Assembly: GCA_963664395.2 (NCBI GenBank)
Contig: OY761159.2
Coordinates: forward strand, 1,056,001-1,120,000
DNA: 64,000 nucleotides
Direction: 5' to 3'
Origin: Candidatus Binatia bacterium
Lineage (GTDB): Bacteria > Desulfobacterota > Binatia > Bin18
The position numbers and the translations under genes were made by a program. The notes beneath the pieces were generated by a model. The model worked only from the letters and a program-made list of their open reading frames with translations, searched no databases and was not told the origin of the DNA. Below are positions 37,374-47,121 of the stretch, piece by piece. Position 1 is the first letter of the stretch. Each line of letters opens with the position of its first letter.

Positions 37374-37409
37374 CAGGTAGATCAGGTGGACCAGGTAGGC
37401 CAGGTAAGC
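37374..37409. repeat. 4 x 9-bp degenerate tandem repeat
   Basis: CAGGTAGAT CAGGTGGAC CAGGTAGGC CAGGTAAGC. Confidence 0.7.
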
Positions 37410-37440
37410 ATTGAGCAACGTGAGACAAAATTGGCGGCAC

Positions 37441-38715
37441 TTATATCACATTCTGTGCAGCCAGCGCGTTTATTTCAGCGTCGCTGAAGCCTGCTTGCTT
37501 GAGGACCTCCCGCGTGTGCTCGCCTAAATGCGGCGCTCGCCGCTGGAAGGCGGTCACACGCTGCTTGCCGTCCGTTGCGACGGAGACCGGATACGAGAGG
37601 GCGCGGTCGAGTCCGGGCTGACGGATAGACTGAAAGGTGCCGCGCGCCTGAAAATGTGGGTCGTCGATATTCTCCTCGGGATATCTAACGCTCGCCCACA
37701 ACAAGCCTTTGGCCTGGGCGCGATGAAACACTTCCTCAGCCGTCATTGAGGCGACCAGGGTGTCGATCAGCGCGCTGAAAAGCGTATGCGCCTCGGACGG
37801 TGAACGCGCGGCTAATTCGCGGTAGGCGTCCGATTCGAGATCGTGCTCAATACCAGCCTCATTCAGCATCTCGGTAACGATCCGCACGTCGCGGTCGCCC
37901 CAAAACAAGAATGCCTTGACGTAGCGCCCGTCCCTGGTTCGGCGCAGCCACGGCGGTGTCCGGCCCACACCCGCGTGGCGTCCGGTCTGCCGTTGCACAA
38001 CTTTTTCATTATAGATGTAGCTTGGCAGAGCGACCTCGGTGCAGGTGCTGACCGCTTCGTGAATCGACACATCAATACAATCGCCGCAATCGCCTCCATC
38101 CGTCAATTCACGAAAATTGAGCGCTGCCGTGATCGCAATCACCGCGTGCTCACACGCGATATGGTATGCCTGCCACATGCCGGGCGCGATCGGCGGGGTG
38201 TCATAAATTCTGTCGGGCCGCGGATCGTATCCGCACGACGCCATCACACCGCCCATTGCCAGCTGGGTCAGGTCCGTCATCTTGAAATCACGATAGGGAC
38301 CGTCGAGCCCAAAAGGGGTAATCGTGCAGACAATGAGACGCGGATTCGACTCACGCATCTCTTGATACAGCCCAAGCCGCCACTCCACGTCGGCGGCCTC
38401 GCCAGCATCGATAATGACGTCGGCGCGCTGTCCGAGGCGTTCCAGGACGGTACGTGCCGCGGGATGGTCCCCCTCAAGGCGAACGCTCTTCTTACCCAGG
38501 TTATAACGCCAGAAACACAGACTTTGTTCCGGATCGGGTTGGGATGAGGCGAAGGGGCCCAGACGACGCGCGGGGGACCCCTGACGACCCTCCAATTTGA
38601 TCACCTCGGCACCAAACGATGCTAGCAATACACCGGCGAATTCTCCGCGCTCATCACCGTTTTCGATGATGACAGTTCCGTCGAGGGCCACGCTCAAAGC
38701 CGCTTCAGTATTCAA
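37441..38715 (-). CDS. family III (CaiB/BaiF) CoA-transferase, probable non-catalytic subunit
   Basis: GAEVIK.E, N.GKKSV.L, ITPFG.DGP, AP.LGEHT; catalytic Asp not evident. Confidence 0.88.
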   Translation of the reverse strand: MNTEAALSVALDGTVIIENGDERGEFAGVLLASFGAEVIKLEGRQGSPARRLGPFASSQPDPEQSLCFWRYNLGKKSVRLEGDHPAARTVLERLGQRADVIIDAGEAADVEWRLGLYQEMRESNPRLIVCTITPFGLDGPYRDFKMTDLTQLAMGGVMASCGYDPRPDRIYDTPPIAPGMWQAYHIACEHAVIAITAALNFRELTDGGDCGDCIDVSIHEAVSTCTEVALPSYIYNEKVVQRQTGRHAGVGRTPPWLRRTRDGRYVKAFLFWGDRDVRIVTEMLNEAGIEHDLESDAYRELAARSPSEAHTLFSALIDTLVASMTAEEVFHRAQAKGLLWASVRYPEENIDDPHFQARGTFQSIRQPGLDRALSYPVSVATDGKQRVTAFQRRAPHLGEHTREVLKQAGFSDAEINALAAQNVI

Positions 38716-40007
38716 ATGATCCAGTCCTCTCTGAGTTGCGCAATTTCCTCGGGGGTCAGCCCAAGCACATCCCGGTACACGGCATCGTTGTCCTCACCCA
38801 TACACGGCGCAGCCCGCCCTGGCAGTCCGCCGACTTCGACCGGCATGGTGTGGAACTTGGCAGGAAAGTCTTCGATCGGCCAGGTCCCGATTTCGCTGTG
38901 AGGTAAGGGCACAAAAGCGCCCCGCTCCTTGAGTTGCGGGTCACGCAGGTAACGATCGGCCGCGGTCTGCACCACACCGGCTGGGACGCCCCGCTTCTGC
39001 AGACGGTGCATCAGCTCGTAGCGGTCTTCACTTTTCGTGAACTCGGCGAGCAATCGGTCAAGGTCATCTTCATGGGCCTTGCGTCCAGCCGCTGTCTGAA
39101 AACGGGCGTCCCGCGCCCAGCCGGGCGAACCGATCTCGGCTATAAACGCCTGCCACTGCTCATCAGTCTGCACGGCTATCGTGATCCAGTCGTCAGTCCC
39201 GCGACATGGGTACGCGCCATGCGGAGTCCAATCCGCGGCATGCATCCGGTTGCCATAACGGGGAGTCGATTGCCCGGTCAGCTGGGCTTCCAGCGTGGCG
39301 GTCCCGGATGTCATGACCCCGACTTCCGTCTGCGACAGATCGATATAACAGCCACGGCCAGTCCGCCGCCGATTCAAGAGCGCCAGCATCACATGCAGAG
39401 CCCCGTAGTAGCCGGTTGAATGATCGAGATACGAATAGCCCCATCCAGCCGGCGGCATGGGCTCGGGCAAGCCTGACATATGGGTCAAACCCGAAAGCGC
39501 CTGGGCCGTCGGTCCGACGCTGAGATAGTCGTGATACGTCCCCGACTTTCCCATGCCGCTGATCTGGAGATAAATGAGCCCGGGATTGATCTTGCGCAGC
39601 GTGTCATAGCCGAGTGCCCAACGCTCCATCTGTCCGGGACTGTAGTTTTCGCACAGGACGGCGGCCTTGGCGATCAAGCGTTTGAACAGGTCGCGTCCCT
39701 GCGGCAGGCTCATATTAAGTGTAATGCCATACTTGCCGGGATTAATATTGTTGAATAGCCCGCTGCGATTCAGACTATCGGCTTCCCCACCAGGGGCTTT
39801 CGGCAGTACTCCACGCAGCAGGTCGAGCGCGCGCTGATCGTGCCATTCGACCCGGATCACTTCCGCGCCCATGGTCGCCAGCATCCGTGTCGCGTTCGGG
39901 CCGGCTACAATCTTCGTCAGATCTATGACCCGCACCCCCTCAAGGGGACGATGGGGACGATGGGGACGACGGCGGGTAGATTTATTTGGTGGTTCGGATT
40001 GTGTCAT
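38712..40007 (-). CDS. family III CoA-transferase, catalytic subunit
   Basis: LEGVRVIDL...AGP, EN.SPG, YSYLD.STG, AP..GE.N. Confidence 0.93.
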   Translation of the reverse strand: MTQSEPPNKSTRRRPHRPHRPLEGVRVIDLTKIVAGPNATRMLATMGAEVIRVEWHDQRALDLLRGVLPKAPGGEADSLNRSGLFNNINPGKYGITLNMSLPQGRDLFKRLIAKAAVLCENYSPGQMERWALGYDTLRKINPGLIYLQISGMGKSGTYHDYLSVGPTAQALSGLTHMSGLPEPMPPAGWGYSYLDHSTGYYGALHVMLALLNRRRTGRGCYIDLSQTEVGVMTSGTATLEAQLTGQSTPRYGNRMHAADWTPHGAYPCRGTDDWITIAVQTDEQWQAFIAEIGSPGWARDARFQTAAGRKAHEDDLDRLLAEFTKSEDRYELMHRLQKRGVPAGVVQTAADRYLRDPQLKERGAFVPLPHSEIGTWPIEDFPAKFHTMPVEVGGLPGRAAPCMGEDNDAVYRDVLGLTPEEIAQLREDWII

Positions 40008-40070
40008 TTGTGCAGCCCCGTCTGTCCGCGACCATACTCCGGATAGTCTCTACGCGCAATAAAATACGAG

Positions 40071-40099
40071 TTGACATTGCCTTTCCCGCGCCATATGAC
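40071..40099 (+). promoter_or_regulatory. putative sigma70 promoter
   Basis: TTGACA-N17-TATGAC upstream of 40130. Confidence 0.4.
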
Positions 40100-40129
40100 G
40101 GCTGCACATGAAAAGGGAAGGTGACGTAT

Positions 40130-41125
40130 ATGACCGATATAAAGCTGGACGGCCCGGCAACGATCCTCGTTCTGCTCGGGCTGACCTTGCCGGAAATATC
40201 CGAAAGCGAGCTTGAAAAGATTCGGACCGCAGCCCCGCCGGGCTCAACCGTCAAAGTCGCCCCCCAGGTGCGCGATGCTATCGACATGGCCGATGATGTT
40301 GAGGTCATCCTCGGCTTCTTACCCGAATCATTATTTCACGCCGCCCCCCGCCTGCGCTGGGTGCACGCCATCGCCTCAGGCGTGGACATGTTTCTCTACC
40401 CGGCGATGCGGGACTCCGACGTTGTGCTGACCGGCGAAAAGGGCCTGGTGGGTGGACACTTGGCGGACACCGGCTTCGGCCTGCTCCTGGCGCTCACCCG
40501 CCAGATTGCGACCGCCATCCGCCTCGGCTCGGCCAGTTGGCAGGCACGTGAGGCGATGCGCCGTAAAGAGGTCGAGCTTGAGGGGTTGACGATGGGCATC
40601 GTCGGCTTCGGGGGGACCGGTCGGGCGATGGCCCGCCGGGCGGTGGCGTTTGGTATGCAAGTGTTAGCCCTGGACGAGCACCCCGTCCCGGCGTCAGACG
40701 GTGTGAACGCGGTATGGGGACGGAATCGGTTGACCGAGTTGCTGGCTTCCTCCGACGTGGTTGCGATCTGCTGTCCGCTTACGGCCGAGACGCGGCAGAT
40801 GTTCAACACTGAAACATTCGCCCACTTGAAACGAGGGGCACTTCTGGTCAACGTCACCCGAGGTGAGATCATAGACGGCGAGGCGCTGGTACAGGCGCTG
40901 CAAGACGGGCGGTGTGGCGGCGCGGCACTTGATGTCGCTCCGATCGAACCCCTACCGGCCGACCATCCCCTGTGGACGTTTGAGAACGTCGTCATGACTC
41001 CGCACACCGCCGGCGCCAGCCAACTGCGCGCTACGCGCAACCTCGAACGCTTTTGTGAGAACCTGCGCCGCATCCAGCGGGGCGAGCCCCTCCTCGGGGT
41101 AGTCGATAAACAGCTCGGCTACTAA
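40130..41125 (+). CDS. D-2-hydroxyacid dehydrogenase family protein
   Basis: GIVGFGGTG, PLT.ET, VNVTRG, ALDV...EPLP, TPH.AG. Confidence 0.95.
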   Translation: MTDIKLDGPATILVLLGLTLPEISESELEKIRTAAPPGSTVKVAPQVRDAIDMADDVEVILGFLPESLFHAAPRLRWVHAIASGVDMFLYPAMRDSDVVLTGEKGLVGGHLADTGFGLLLALTRQIATAIRLGSASWQAREAMRRKEVELEGLTMGIVGFGGTGRAMARRAVAFGMQVLALDEHPVPASDGVNAVWGRNRLTELLASSDVVAICCPLTAETRQMFNTETFAHLKRGALLVNVTRGEIIDGEALVQALQDGRCGGAALDVAPIEPLPADHPLWTFENVVMTPHTAGASQLRATRNLERFCENLRRIQRGEPLLGVVDKQLGY

Positions 41126-41200
41126 GGACAGTCACAGAGAAAGGGCAAAGGCTACGCGCAACGATTCCTGAGCATTGCACTTCGATATCATCACCAGGCT

Positions 41201-42439
41201 TTACGGAGGGGTGACGGGTGCGATCTCCTTCAGCCGGGGCAGCACGTCCCTGGCGAAGCGTGCGATGCCCTTCTCGGCCTCGGCATGGGTCATGAATCCT
41301 GACCGTCCAATCATGACCAGATGACCAAAGCCGCCGACCTTGCGGTAAAAATCCATGATCTGCCGGTAGACGGTGTCAGGGCTGCCCGCAAACAGAATCC
41401 CCCGCGCCATGGCTTGCGCTGTGTCCATATTCGTAAGCCCCCCGACATTGAGGATAGCCGGAGCGACGGGCGTGCCTGCCTGCGCCCGGCTGCTGGCCGC
41501 CGGTCCCTCGACCGGGGCGTCTGGCCTGGATGCGGTGCGGTAGACCTGAGACGCAAAGTGGGGCGGCGTCGCCCCAGGCAGAAACTGGGCGTACTGGGGC
41601 GCCATCTTCAGACTCGTGTTGAGGAACCACAGCAACTTGCTCCCAATCTCGACACCCTCTGCATGGGTGTCACCGACATAGACCAACGCCGCATATGCAA
41701 AGTGGTCGGTCATGACCGTGGGCAGCCCGGCCTCCGCGCGCGCCTGACGATACGCGGCCCAGGCACGCCTGGTCCCCTCCTCGCCGCGCAGAACGAGCAC
41801 ATTGACCATCCCCCGCCGGCCGACCTCGCTCGCCGTTTCCGGGTCGCCCGTCGCCGCCCACAGGGGCGGATGCGGCTGCTGCCACGGGCGCGGCCAGATG
41901 TTCACGTGCCGGTGCGTGTAGTGCTTGCCCTCCCAACTGAACGGTCCCTCCTGAAAGGTCAGCGCCTTGGTGACGAGATCGATCGCCTCCCAGTAGCGTT
42001 CAATATTCGTCACCGGGTTGGCATTGTTCGACGCCATCTCACTCGCGCCCGACTTCACGAAGCCGATATCCAAACGTCCACGCGAAATCACATCCGCCGT
42101 GGCATACTCCTCTGCGACTCTGACCGGGTCTGGCCGCAGCGAGATCAGGGTCCCCATACTGAGAATGCGGACCTTGCGTATCTGGCGGGCCAGGATACCC
42201 AGGACCAGCGGGTTGGCCCCAAACAGAGAATTGATTCCAGCGTGATGCTCGATGGCGACAACATTGATTCCCCGCTCGTCGCACAGCATGAACTCGTCAA
42301 AGGTTTCCTCGAACAAGTCAGCAGCGACCTGTGGGTCACAATACTTATTCGGCAGGCTGGCGCGGACGGAATCTGCGCGATCGAGCACGTCTGGTGGGAC
42401 GAAGGGATACGGGTTCTCGTTATGATACCAGGCTTCCAT
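41201..42439 (-). CDS. LLM-class flavin-dependent monooxygenase
   Basis: EHH, P.RVAEEYA..D.IS.GR, PRP.QQPHPP.W. Confidence 0.92.
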   Translation of the reverse strand: MEAWYHNENPYPFVPPDVLDRADSVRASLPNKYCDPQVAADLFEETFDEFMLCDERGINVVAIEHHAGINSLFGANPLVLGILARQIRKVRILSMGTLISLRPDPVRVAEEYATADVISRGRLDIGFVKSGASEMASNNANPVTNIERYWEAIDLVTKALTFQEGPFSWEGKHYTHRHVNIWPRPWQQPHPPLWAATGDPETASEVGRRGMVNVLVLRGEEGTRRAWAAYRQARAEAGLPTVMTDHFAYAALVYVGDTHAEGVEIGSKLLWFLNTSLKMAPQYAQFLPGATPPHFASQVYRTASRPDAPVEGPAASSRAQAGTPVAPAILNVGGLTNMDTAQAMARGILFAGSPDTVYRQIMDFYRKVGGFGHLVMIGRSGFMTHAEAEKGIARFARDVLPRLKEIAPVTPP

Positions 42440-42465
42440 GGCGTGTCCCCTCCTCAGCCCACTGA

Positions 42466-43254
42466 CTATTGTTCCAAGAAGGCAGCTACGCGATCGACAA
42501 ATGCCTCGGGCTGCTCGATCTCAGGATGATGCCCCGCCTCAGCAATGAGCTCGAAGCGCGCGCCGGGAATCAACGCGCTGTAGGCTCGTCCGTAGGACGG
42601 CGTCACGATCCCGTCGCTCGCCCCCCACAGCACCAGCGTCGGCCGCCTGATCCGACGCAGCCAACGCTTGAGCTGAGGGTTGTACATATAGGGCTGCCAG
42701 CCGTACAGGCATAGCGCGTCCCAGTTCCGGGCGTGGACGACGATTTCGTCATCCGATAGCGCGTTAAAGTCCGGCGCCCACTTCTCGGGGTCATGCCAAC
42801 GGTGCCGCTCCACTTCCTGGGGTGAGGTATTAAAAACGTCCAGGATATCCGGTGTCTCGCGATCGCTGATCTTGATGCCAAAGGCATCCACCAGGACGAG
42901 CCGGTCAATACGATGGCTACACGCGACCGCGATTTCCGCCGCCAGCCAGCCGCCAAAGGACAATCCCACGAGGCTGACCCGCTCATAAGGCAGCGCTTCG
43001 AGGACGTCTGAATACAGGTGTACTAAGTCGTACACTGTGTCGAAATCCTTTGGACGCGCAGAGTGGCCAAAGCCGGGGTGTGAGGGGGCTATGATCTCTG
43101 CCCGCCGACTGAGCAGATCGAGAAAACGCGCCCGCGGATCGACGGTGCGCATACCGTGCAGGAGCAGGACTGGCCGACCCTGGCCCCGGCGTATCACTTC
43201 GAGCTCAATGTCCTCGACTGACAAGCGCTCTCCGACCGGCGCGATGTCATTCAT
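42466..43254 (-). CDS. alpha/beta-fold hydrolase
   Basis: PSHPGFG, GLSFGG, AGH.P..EQP. Confidence 0.92.
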   Translation of the reverse strand: MNDIAPVGERLSVEDIELEVIRRGQGRPVLLLHGMRTVDPRARFLDLLSRRAEIIAPSHPGFGHSARPKDFDTVYDLVHLYSDVLEALPYERVSLVGLSFGGWLAAEIAVACSHRIDRLVLVDAFGIKISDRETPDILDVFNTSPQEVERHRWHDPEKWAPDFNALSDDEIVVHARNWDALCLYGWQPYMYNPQLKRWLRRIRRPTLVLWGASDGIVTPSYGRAYSALIPGARFELIAEAGHHPEIEQPEAFVDRVAAFLEQ

Positions 43255-43478
43255 CCTGACTTCCTACGGCTATTCGTTCTCCGTGCTCCACTTTCGCAAT
43301 ACCTACCGTTTGCTGTCTGCTCGTCCAGGAGACCATAAGCGACCCGGATCGTATTCTCAAGCGCTCAGTTATTGATGATGAGGCAAGCGCAGCATATCGG
43401 CGCTGCCGTTCAGCCTTTTCTCTACGGTACACAACAGCTATAGTTCGGCCTGACAGAGGGAGCCACAAGGAGGCAGCC

Positions 43479-44492
43479 ATGAAATTCGGACTGATGCATG
43501 ACTTTCGTAATCCCGCACCTTGGTTTCGGCCCTATTCCGATCTCTACCGGCTCTTGCTTGACCAGTGTGTGCGGGCCGATGAACTCGGCTATGACAATAT
43601 CTGGCTGACCGAACACCACTTTAGCGGGGACTATAATCCCACGCCTTTACATGCCGCGACCGCCATTGCGGCGCGGACCGAACGCATCCGCATTGGCACG
43701 TTTGTGCTGCTACTGCCTTTCTATCATCCTGTGCGCGTGGCCGAAGAAGTCGCTTTCATTGACAACCTCTCCAAGGGACGGTTTGATCTTGGGGTAGGAC
43801 AGGGCTATCGCGTCGATGAATTCTCCGGATTTTGTATGCCCCGCAAAGAGCGCTCGGCCCGTCTGGCTGAGGGGCTCGACCTGATCCGACGCCTGTGGAC
43901 CGAGGAGACGGTTACGTTCGAAGGGAGGTTCACCCAGATCAAAGAGGTGCATATCCAGCCCGAGCCCTTGCAGAAGCCCCATCCGCCTATCTGGATTGGC
44001 GCGCGCACCGAAAAAGCCATGCAGCGAGCGGCCCGCGAGGGCTATCACCTGCACCTCACGCTGGGCCCGGACTGGGCTCCCCGCTACTATGAGCTGCTGA
44101 AACAGCAGGGCCGCACTCCGGCTGACTTTTCGACCACCCAACTGCACTTCGTCTATGTTGCGCCGACTGAGGACGAGGCGTGGGAGGACATCCAGGACCA
44201 GGCCCACTGGATGATGCAGGTGTACGATGGCTGGTTTAAGACCAGTGGAGATGTCGCCGGCGACGAGCGGCTGTGGGACATCAAAGAAGCACGCGACATT
44301 CGCCACTCGTCCTATGGGCAGGCGTGGATGGTAGGCAGCCCGGACCAAGTAGCGCGCAAAGTCGAGGCGTTTGTCAAAACCTCATCCTGTACCCACTTAG
44401 TCATGGCTATGCAGGTCCCGGGGGTCGAGCCGGCCAAGGGCACCCGCTCGATGGAACTGTTCGCGCAAGAGATCATGCCCGCATTCCGCTAA
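43479..44492 (+). CDS. LLM-class flavin-dependent monooxygenase
   Basis: WLTEHHF, RIRIGT.V.LLP..HPVRVAEE, QKPHPPIWIG. Confidence 0.94.
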   Translation: MKFGLMHDFRNPAPWFRPYSDLYRLLLDQCVRADELGYDNIWLTEHHFSGDYNPTPLHAATAIAARTERIRIGTFVLLLPFYHPVRVAEEVAFIDNLSKGRFDLGVGQGYRVDEFSGFCMPRKERSARLAEGLDLIRRLWTEETVTFEGRFTQIKEVHIQPEPLQKPHPPIWIGARTEKAMQRAAREGYHLHLTLGPDWAPRYYELLKQQGRTPADFSTTQLHFVYVAPTEDEAWEDIQDQAHWMMQVYDGWFKTSGDVAGDERLWDIKEARDIRHSSYGQAWMVGSPDQVARKVEAFVKTSSCTHLVMAMQVPGVEPAKGTRSMELFAQEIMPAFR

Positions 44493-44606
44493 AGGACCGG
44501 CGGGTGGGGCGCCATTCTCCTACAGGTCGGAGGATGGCGTATCCGGTCCGCCATAGAGAGAGCAAGGTGAGCCTGGGAGAGTTCTCCTTGTCCTTTGTTG
44601 GAATCC

Positions 44607-45680
44607 CTAGCCGGTGGCCACGCAGTAGACCTGGTCGGCATCGGCCGGCAGCGCATGCGCACTCCAGGTCGCCCCGGCGTCGGCGCTGGTGAAAACCTGA
44701 CCCTTTTTGCTGGCGCAGACCATGCGCTCAGTACGGCGTTGGTCGATGGACATGGCGAAGAGAGTGCTGTTGACCGCATGGCCGATATCCACCCGTTCCC
44801 AGCTCAGACCGCCATCCTCGCTGCGGAACAGGCCACCGACGTTACTCTCAAAATCTCCCCCGCCAGACAGCCACAGCTTGGTCGGAGCGCCCGGCACTTC
44901 ACGCAGACAGCGGCAATAGGTGGTACCGTGGTCGTTCAGCGGCTCGATGGGCACGCGCTGCCAGTGGTCGCCCCGGTCGGTGCTGCGAAACATGCCGACG
45001 CGACAGATGGCAGTGACCGTTCCTGGGCTCAGACGGCTGGCCAGCACGCCGTGCATGTCCACGGTATCGTCGGTGAGGTATTGACCGTGACTGAGGTTCT
45101 GCCAGTGTTCCCCCCCATCCAAAGACCGGAGCAGTCCCCCGACTTCCAGGGAGGCGTACAGTTCGTCCCGGTCGGCAACGCTGCCGGACATCATCAGCAC
45201 CCGCTTGGCCGGTATGCCCTGAGGAGGCATGGTCACATCCGGGAAGCGGACACTCACCGGGAGCTGGCACCAACTCTCTCCGGCGTCGTCGCTCCGATAT
45301 ATCTCCGCAGACTCGTAGCCGGCGAACATGATCTGCGGGTCGGCCGGATGGAATAATAACGACCACATGGGCAGGCCGTGGTCGGGGACAGCCACCTTCT
45401 CCCAGTGGTCACCATGGTCATCACTGCGGTACGGTCCGTCTTGGGTCGCTACGTAGACCACTTCGGACCTCTGGGGGTGTATCGTTATAGCCCGGATCTC
45501 AGGCGCATCAGGCAGCCCCTGCGTGAGCGGCTCCCAGTGCCCCTGCCCGAAGACACTCCGATACAAACCGCTTTTGACAACCAGCTTGATGCCCATATGC
45601 TTTTCCACCCATTCGATGCCTGGGCTGGTATCACCCGCCCGACCGGCGAAGACATAAGATGTACCGTTGTCCATTGCCAT
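44607..45680 (-). CDS. BNR/Asp-box beta-propeller protein, no signal peptide
   Basis: Repeated RS.D.G..W Asp-box motifs. Confidence 0.85.
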   Translation of the reverse strand: MAMDNGTSYVFAGRAGDTSPGIEWVEKHMGIKLVVKSGLYRSVFGQGHWEPLTQGLPDAPEIRAITIHPQRSEVVYVATQDGPYRSDDHGDHWEKVAVPDHGLPMWSLLFHPADPQIMFAGYESAEIYRSDDAGESWCQLPVSVRFPDVTMPPQGIPAKRVLMMSGSVADRDELYASLEVGGLLRSLDGGEHWQNLSHGQYLTDDTVDMHGVLASRLSPGTVTAICRVGMFRSTDRGDHWQRVPIEPLNDHGTTYCRCLREVPGAPTKLWLSGGGDFESNVGGLFRSEDGGLSWERVDIGHAVNSTLFAMSIDQRRTERMVCASKKGQVFTSADAGATWSAHALPADADQVYCVATG

Positions 45681-45693
45681 ACCTTGTTCCTCC

Positions 45694-46887
45694 TTATTTT
45701 AGCGACGGCATTATCTCGCGTGGATCTAACCCCAGCTCCAACGTCCCCACGCTGGAGAGACAATAGTCACTGGGCGGAAACTGAATAGGACCGACGGCGC
45801 CGTCCCGAAACAAGCGCTCGAGTGGTACGGTTTTGAAGAGCGCATGCGCTCCTCCCAGCGTGAGCGCCGTACGCGTGATCCGCGCCCCAGCCTCGCCGAC
45901 CAAATACTTGGCTCGGAACAGCGCCGCCAGGGTTTCCGAGGTCGGTCCCTGGGTGTCGCTGAGCCAGGCCGACTGATACGTCAGCAGCCGGGCAGCCTCC
46001 AGGTCCACGCTCATGTCGGCCACCCGCCGGCGCACATCCGGATGATAGGCCATCGGCTGGGTATAGCCCCGCGGGACCCTTTCCCGGACCAGTTCACGCA
46101 CGGCGTTGTAGGCGGCCGCAGCTACACCCAGATACACCGCCGTATAGGAGGCCCACAGCCAGTTCGCCCCACTACGGATGAACGGCAGGATATCATCCGT
46201 CTGATAGAGGACAGCTTCCTTGGACACGAAACAGTCTTCGAGAATGAGGGAGTCACTGCGCGTCGCCCGCATGCCGAGCGTATCCCATATCATGTCGACG
46301 CGTCGGCCCGGTGCCTTGCGTGGAACCATCAGCAGAAGCGCAGCCCCAGGCTTATCGACCTCCTCGGGATGCGCCAACACCGCACAGAAGTCAGCTGCCT
46401 CCAACATGGAAGCAAACGCTTTTCTGCCCGTGATCCGGTAGCCGCCCGCAACCTGTCGGGCGCGCGTAGCCGGTTTATAGGTGGCCAGCAATCCGGACGT
46501 CCTCGGCTCGGAGAAGTTCCCGGCAATCAGCCTTTGCTCTTTGACGACCAGATCGGCCAGACGCTGCTTGGTGGCCGGCGGAACTATCGGACTTTCGAAC
46601 AGGGGACCGATAATCGAGAGGTGCATATTGAACGAGAGGGCGGTGGCCGGACAGCCTTGGGCGAGTTCTTCGGCCGCCAGGGAGTAGTTGAGCAGCCCGA
46701 CGCCCTCTCCGCCCATCTCTCTGGGAACGTTGAGGCTGTAGAATCCATCCCGGCGCAAGGCCGCATAGTTTTCCAGCGGATGGCTGGCTTCCTGATCGTG
46801 CGTCGCGGCTCGGGTGGCGAAGTCTGCTGCCAGCCGCCGGCTCCGTTGCTGGAGGCGGGTGCCTTCTTCGCTGATCTGAAAGTTCAT
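45694..46887 (-). CDS. acyl-CoA dehydrogenase-fold flavoprotein
   Basis: LA.GC..TAL...MH, G.K.FAS, WD.LGMRAT.S, LER..RD. Confidence 0.92.
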   Translation of the reverse strand: MNFQISEEGTRLQQRSRRLAADFATRAATHDQEASHPLENYAALRRDGFYSLNVPREMGGEGVGLLNYSLAAEELAQGCPATALSFNMHLSIIGPLFESPIVPPATKQRLADLVVKEQRLIAGNFSEPRTSGLLATYKPATRARQVAGGYRITGRKAFASMLEAADFCAVLAHPEEVDKPGAALLLMVPRKAPGRRVDMIWDTLGMRATRSDSLILEDCFVSKEAVLYQTDDILPFIRSGANWLWASYTAVYLGVAAAAYNAVRELVRERVPRGYTQPMAYHPDVRRRVADMSVDLEAARLLTYQSAWLSDTQGPTSETLAALFRAKYLVGEAGARITRTALTLGGAHALFKTVPLERLFRDGAVGPIQFPPSDYCLSSVGTLELGLDPREIMPSLK

Positions 46888-47121
46888 GACCGCCCTCCTT
46901 CTGTTCAGATATGAGGTCAGGCTGTCCGGAATCGCGGAAGAAACCTAGAGCATACGGCTTTATCTCCCCACACAAGCCTGCCTGTCAACCCAACGGCCTC
47001 CCGAGCAAGAAAATTATTCGGCCTCAAGGCGACACCGACGGTGCCGCGTCCATTGTATTCCCAGCCGAGATGGAGCAGGATGGCGTCATATCCAAGGCTC
47101 GCACGTCAGACGAGGGATACG

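Noticed and set aside
39943-39970. GGGGACGAT x3 resembling guanidine-II ACGA loops
   Set aside because: No hairpin stems; encodes the RPHRPHRP N-terminal linker of the CoA-transferase
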